64,000 bases of DNA from an uncultured Dehalococcoidia bacterium (GTDB lineage Bacteria; Chloroflexota; Dehalococcoidia; Lucifugimonadales; UBA1127). The stretch spans positions 202,542 through 266,541 of the forward strand of contig CAZVDP010000015.1 in NCBI GenBank assembly GCA_964625945.1, read 5' to 3'. The notes under the pieces are model-generated. The model was given only the letters and a program-made list of their open reading frames with translations, had not been told where the DNA came from and ran no database searches. The position numbers and the translations under genes were made by a program. Shown in pieces: positions 59,962-64,000 of this stretch. Position 1 is the stretch's first letter. Each line of letters starts with the position of its first letter.

Positions 59962-60090
59962 CGCACTCACCATCAAATCCATAAAAGGACGTTCAGGAAG
60001 GATTTTAGAACTCTCATATAAAAGGATAGAAGACTTCACGTCGTTCTATATGACGCTAGTATCGAGATAACGTAGTTTTCAGGAGCAAGC

Positions 60091-60798
60091 ATGAGTATAA
60101 ATCAGCAGAAAGGATTAGTCATAGGCGACCGCTTAGAAGGGATCATTCTCCCTATGCTAGATCAAGGCACAGTTAACATTGACGACTATCGGGGCAAACG
60201 ATTGATCCTCTTCATGTGGGGCTCTTGGTGAGCATGCCGTGAACAACTGCCAGTATGGCAGGATTATTACAGCCGCCTTCGAGAACATAACATTGACATC
60301 CTATCTGTAGCCGTCGACGCACAAGGGCCCGTCCTTGCTCGCCCCTATGTCGAGATGGCTGGGTTACAGTTCCCTACCGTCATCGACTCGGAAAATACCC
60401 TAGGGCATATGTTCAACTTTAAGGCCATCCCGAACGTTGTCCTCATCGATCCTTCCGGTGTGATACGGTATATCCGGCGCGGGTTCGATATCAGAAAGCC
60501 AGAGTTCGCGGAAATTGTAGAGAACTGGGCACAAGGCGATTCTGAACCAAGCGATCGACTGGATCACCAGGACGCGACAGTGACAGCTGAGGCAATGGAA
60601 CATTTTAGAGAGGGACTAGCTCTGTATCAAGATAACAAACCAGAAGAAGCCATAGCTGCTTGGAGACGCGGTGTCGCTATTGAACCGGATAACTATATAA
60701 TCAGGAAACAAATTTGGGCAGTTGAGAATCCCGATCGGTTTTATGACGGCCCAGTGGACTATGCATGGCAGAAGGAACAGTTGGACAAAGGGCGATAA
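60091..60798 (+). CDS. TlpA/redoxin-like thioredoxin-fold selenoprotein candidate with C-terminal TPR-like tail; TGA 60229-60231 read as Sec
   Basis: ATG 60091 lies 5 nt after AGGAG (60081-60085). One frame is open from 60091 to 60798 apart from a single TGA. The product reads ...DDYRGKRLILFMWGSW-U-ACREQLP...AIPNVVLIDPSGVIRYI..., then EAMEHFREGLALYQDNKPEEAIAAWRRGVAIEPDN. The track shows only the part from ATG 60355. Confidence 0.75.
60247..60261 (+). promoter_or_regulatory. SECIS-like stem-loop inside the TlpA-like gene
   Basis: Perfect 6-bp stem CTGCCA/TGGCAG with apical GUA. The loop G (60253) is 24 nt downstream of the U of UGA (60229). Confidence 0.55.
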
Positions 60799-60837
60799 CC
60801 TCTCCAACTGGAAAAAGACTTAACGTGTGGAATACAC

Positions 60838-60914
60838 GGCCCGGTGGTGTAGTGGCCTAACATACTGCCCTGTCACGGCAGAGATCGGGGGTTCGAATCC
60901 CCTCCGGGTCGCCA
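60838..60914 (+). tRNA. tRNA-Asp (anticodon GUC), CCA encoded
   Basis: 77 nt folded by hand. Acceptor GGCCCGG/CCGGGTC (one G-U pair), D stem GTGT/ACAT, anticodon stem CTGCC/GGCAG with loop CT-GTC-AC, T arm GGGGG-TTCGAAT-CCCCT, discriminator G, CCA. Confidence 0.93.
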
Positions 60915-60932
60915 TTAGTTCTCTCATCCACG

Positions 60933-61748
60933 CTATCTACCCGGCTCTAACAGATAAACTAAAGATTTATCTTCTCTAACCAAGGTGACGTCCACGACAC
61001 CAAGTTCTCCAAAGTCGGCCACGAATCGGTCCCCCGGACTCGCCTGGATGAGCCCTGTACATGTTCCCGTCGTGACGACCTCACCACTGAGGATTGGTTC
61101 TCCCATCTTTGAAAGATGATTGGCAGTCCATTCAAGAACCGCTATAGGATCTCCAAGAACGTTCGCACCTGTTCCTTCAGCGACGATGCGATTATTCTTT
61201 CGAAGCACCACATGGTGTAATCGTAAATCCATATCTTTCCACACCCGTGTCGGCTGGCCTCTAACAAATGCGCTATGAGCGGTCATATCCGCCACCAGTT
61301 GCATCGCTCCTAACTGTTCGAAGCCCCCTTCGAAACGGCAGCTAACGATTTCAATGGCTGGAATTACCGCTGCAACAGCAGACAAGATCTCCTCACGATC
61401 ATAGAAGAGGTTTCGTGGTGGCAAATCATCACCGAACTGAAAGGCAAATTCAGCCTCAACATTAGTGTGTTGATCCATTAACATAGGCACCGTCTTCGGA
61501 GAGATAAAGCAGAAAGGCTTAAACATTGGTGCCGTCGCCGGTTCATCAATGCCAAATAGTGCTTGCACGGAGCTGCTGGTCGCACCGACCTTCCATCCCA
61601 CTCTCGGGAGATGAGCCAATCTCTCACTTTGCCGCTGGACTGCATAGCCTTCATCAACAGCAGTCGAATTTGGGCGAGTCACACGAGGCACCTTCCCACC
61701 GTGAATCCGAGCATGCCAAAGCGATGCAGCTAGATCTTCAATTCTCAT
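60933..61748 (-). CDS. 2-keto-4-pentenoate hydratase / FAH-fold hydratase-decarboxylase family protein
   Basis: DEGYAVQRQ, VGWKVGATSS, VEAEFAF, IPAIEIVSCRF and VVTTGTC follow the MhpD/HpcG-type pattern. Confidence 0.75.
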   Translation of the reverse strand: MRIEDLAASLWHARIHGGKVPRVTRPNSTAVDEGYAVQRQSERLAHLPRVGWKVGATSSSVQALFGIDEPATAPMFKPFCFISPKTVPMLMDQHTNVEAEFAFQFGDDLPPRNLFYDREEILSAVAAVIPAIEIVSCRFEGGFEQLGAMQLVADMTAHSAFVRGQPTRVWKDMDLRLHHVVLRKNNRIVAEGTGANVLGDPIAVLEWTANHLSKMGEPILSGEVVTTGTCTGLIQASPGDRFVADFGELGVVDVTLVREDKSLVYLLEPGR

Positions 61749-61832
61749 TGGCCTAATGCAGGCCCCTGAAACATCGAAGCTGGGCCGGTAAACGCCAAGT
61801 CTTGTCGGGGTTCAGTGAAATCCGTAATCAAT

Positions 61833-63059
61833 TTATCGAACATTTCCTTTAGTCTGATTTTCTCGGACCAACGGTACTACAAATATCATCACCACGGCGA
61901 CAGCAACCAATGACAACACCCCAAGATCAAGGGAGCCACTCATATCTCTTGTCACTCCTAGAACAAGTGGGCCACCCACACCACCAATCTCCGCCGCGGA
62001 GAAAAAGAGACCTGCAGCCGCGCCCATAAACACCGAGCCTACCCCCGGGGTTTCCATCAATATCAAGATCAAAAGGGGCATGAGGGGAGCGCGAGCGATA
62101 TTAGAAAGTATTAAAGCACCTACCAAGGCCGACCCTCGGAGCATAATCAAGCCAAGATTACTGGTAGCGCTGACTACGAAGAGCAGCCGCAACATTTGGG
62201 GTCTGGAGATATATCTCCCCGCCAATGGTAAGAGAATTAATCCGACCGCCCCGGCGGCCGTCCCTGCTGCTGACCACCAACCGGCTTGCGATAGTGTCAT
62301 TCCGCGTTCTTGCAATACAGAGGGAGTCCATGCCATAAGTCCGTGGCTCATGAAGAACGATCCGACAGCTAATACCAGCACGACACGAACAGTTGGAATT
62401 TTGGCTATACGCCTGAAGATCTGGTAGCCGGAATGTTTAGGCTTCGGTGTCGAGGACGGTTGGTTTATATCTTTCGCTAATATCCACCAAGCAGCCATTA
62501 CTAGGAACACTATCGTGCCGTAAACTGGTGCGATACCACGCCAGCTTCCGGTAAGTGGTAACACTAAGCTTGCTGCGGTAGCTAATGCGATAGCGCTTCC
62601 AGCTAAAGGACCTGTAGTATATATCCCTGCTGCAAGGCCGCGATCTTCAGACCGGAACCACATAGACACAACTTTGGGTGCCCCAATGGAGATGATAGGA
62701 CCCCCTATCCCAAAAAGCGCCACAGCAAAGAGTAGCACGGTAAAGCTTGGAGCCAAACCACGGAGGCACAAGGAAAACCAGACAAAAAGGATGCCAATTC
62801 CCAAGGAACGGCGAACCCCAAGTCTGTCGACCAAATGTCCAAGTGGCAGAGAGGTGCCAATATAGACTAACTGCCAAAAACCAAGTACTAGCCCCATTTG
62901 ACTGTAAGTGATTCCCAGATCGTCGATTACAAGGCCGGCCACCGGCGGGATACTTCCCTGTGTGATCCCAAACGACGCATATAGGAGCCAAACAAGTGCG
63001 AGCATTAGCCATCGACTTGCCTGATTACCTTGCTCAAATTGGTATGTAGACTCGTTCAC
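61833..63059 (-). CDS. MFS transporter
   Basis: 408 aa with about 12 hydrophobic helices and the MFS loop-like motif GHLVDRLGVRRS. Confidence 0.8.
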   Translation of the reverse strand: MNESTYQFEQGNQASRWLMLALVWLLYASFGITQGSIPPVAGLVIDDLGITYSQMGLVLGFWQLVYIGTSLPLGHLVDRLGVRRSLGIGILFVWFSLCLRGLAPSFTVLLFAVALFGIGGPIISIGAPKVVSMWFRSEDRGLAAGIYTTGPLAGSAIALATAASLVLPLTGSWRGIAPVYGTIVFLVMAAWWILAKDINQPSSTPKPKHSGYQIFRRIAKIPTVRVVLVLAVGSFFMSHGLMAWTPSVLQERGMTLSQAGWWSAAGTAAGAVGLILLPLAGRYISRPQMLRLLFVVSATSNLGLIMLRGSALVGALILSNIARAPLMPLLILILMETPGVGSVFMGAAAGLFFSAAEIGGVGGPLVLGVTRDMSGSLDLGVLSLVAVAVVMIFVVPLVRENQTKGNVR

Positions 63060-63238
63060 GTCAATCCATCCAGTATTTTCCCGGCTGCTAGGGCACCCGT
63101 AAAAACTTTACTCCGATCCCTACTCTACCTGTTGGGGGACGATTATTACTTGTTTCCGGCTCTTTGATAACCCTCTTCGCACCAAATTATTGTATACTCG
63201 CTGACGCATTGATCTCCATAATTCTACGGGAGGAATAG

Positions 63239-63946
63239 ATGTACCAACTTGGGCGAGAAACAAATACCTTCACTGCGATAGGTCGCTGCCCCAAAACTGG
63301 CTCGCTCGGGATCGCGGTGACTACGAGCGAAATCGGAACAGGGGGCCGCGTTCCTTCTATCAAGGCAGGTGTTGGAGCGATAGCCACGCAAGCGTCTACT
63401 GATCCACGGCTTGGCCCATTAGGGATAAAACTTTTGGAGCTCGGTTACCCGTCCCAACGGGTAATTGCAGAACTCGAACAAAGCGACCCATTTATAGAAA
63501 ACCGTCAGCTAGGAATCATTGATCGGTGGGGACACACAACCGTACGGACCGGGTCTAAAAACCGGGACTGGGCTGGTCATGCAACGGGTGCTGGTTGGAT
63601 CACTATGGGCAACTATCTCGTCGGAGCACACGTTGTGGAGGCAATGGCGGACGCAATGAATAACTCAGTAGATGAAGAACTCTCAGAGCGGCTGATACGG
63701 TCAATTGAAGCTGGGACCGCCGCGGGAGGCCAACCCAACGGCCAGCGTTCCGCTGCAATCCTTGTGTACGAGAATGATGTATACCCATTAGTAACGCTAC
63801 GCGTTGATGACCACGAAACCCCAATGGCTGAACTGCGAAGAATCTGGGACGCTTTTCGCCCCTTGATGCCATTCTATCGAGAACGGCCTGACAACCCGAC
63901 TATTGGGTCTGTCCATGACTGGGCAGTCGCTCGAGGGCTAAGGTAG
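63239..63946 (+). CDS. DUF1028 family (Ntn-hydrolase-like) protein
   Basis: TFTAIGRCPKTGSLGIAVTTSEIGTGGRVPSIKAGVGAIATQASTDPRLG matches the N-terminal pattern of DUF1028 proteins. GGGAGG lies 5 nt before the ATG. Confidence 0.75.
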   Translation: MYQLGRETNTFTAIGRCPKTGSLGIAVTTSEIGTGGRVPSIKAGVGAIATQASTDPRLGPLGIKLLELGYPSQRVIAELEQSDPFIENRQLGIIDRWGHTTVRTGSKNRDWAGHATGAGWITMGNYLVGAHVVEAMADAMNNSVDEELSERLIRSIEAGTAAGGQPNGQRSAAILVYENDVYPLVTLRVDDHETPMAELRRIWDAFRPLMPFYRERPDNPTIGSVHDWAVARGLR

Positions 63947-64000
63947 CGGGCAGCACGTCGAGTTTGTGATAGCCTATCCTTTCCTTACCTCGTTCACAGT

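Noticed and set aside
60355-60798. Tracked 147-aa ORF as a stand-alone gene
   Set aside because: It would start in the middle of a thioredoxin fold, with no SD. The frame is continuously open upstream to a well-signalled ATG at 60091 apart from one TGA. It is treated instead as the C-terminal part of a UGA-recoded gene.
60838-60914. Possibility that the tRNA next to the selenoprotein genes is tRNA-Sec, or marks an integrated island
   Set aside because: The anticodon is GTC. It is a standard 77-nt cloverleaf with a 7-bp acceptor stem and a short variable loop, so it is tRNA-Asp. There is no integrase, direct repeat of the tRNA 3' end, or mobile gene nearby.

Overview
The window holds about 58 protein-coding genes and one tRNA. 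It looks like a free-living bacterial chromosome of moderate GC content. I saw no rRNA, CRISPR array, transposase, integrase or phage genes. F420-linked enzymes (LLM oxidoreductase, NpdG), a GuaB3-type IMPDH paralogue, a short EF-Ts and many hydrolase/MFS paralogues suggest a Chloroflexota-like (SAR202/Dehalococcoidia-type) heterotroph, but this is inference only, because no search was run.

Layout:
- 1-4.9 kb: M16 peptidase fragment, recO, mutS2, LLM oxidoreductase.
- 5-7.7 kb: ThrC-family enzyme and a class III aminotransferase.
- 7.7-12.5 kb: four overlapping genes forming a MoxR AAA+ operon.
- 12.8-18.7 kb: npdG, YhhQ-type transporter, Rieske protein, CcdA-like protein, GuaB3, era, cyclophilin.
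- 18.9-24 kb: peptide-type ABC importer without ATPases, interrupted by an antisense ThrC-like gene.
- 25.9-33.3 kb: tightly packed five-gene hydrolase operon.
- 33.5-38.3 kb: acyl/acetyl-CoA synthetase, membrane pyrophosphatase, DUF1445 hydro-lyase.
- 38.6-41 kb: large secreted protein with three CARDB-like domains and a zincin domain.
- 41-43 kb: OadG/OadB-type Na+ decarboxylase membrane subunits.
- 43-48 kb: MidA-like methyltransferase, speH-speE, pcrA.
- 48.2-56 kb: the classic conserved block ispG-rseP-dxr-cdsA-uppS-frr-pyrH-tsf-rpsB.
- 56.2-60.9 kb: methyltransferase, copA, YHS protein, two thiol-redox genes, tRNA-Asp.
- 60.9-64 kb: hydratase, MFS transporter, DUF1028 protein.

The most interesting signal is hidden from the ORF track. 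Both thiol-redox genes downstream of copA-YHS contain an in-frame TGA at a redox-active position. Each TGA is followed at SECIS-like distance by a perfect short hairpin with G-U in the apical loop. This fits two selenocysteine proteins: a Grx-like protein ending U-G-F-stop, and a TlpA-like protein with W-U-A-C.

Secondary points:
- A degenerate CitE-like membrane protein is translationally coupled to MoxR.
- Two metallopeptidase homologues in the hydrolase operon appear to have lost or changed metal ligands.
- The era P-loop region has no canonical in-frame start codon.
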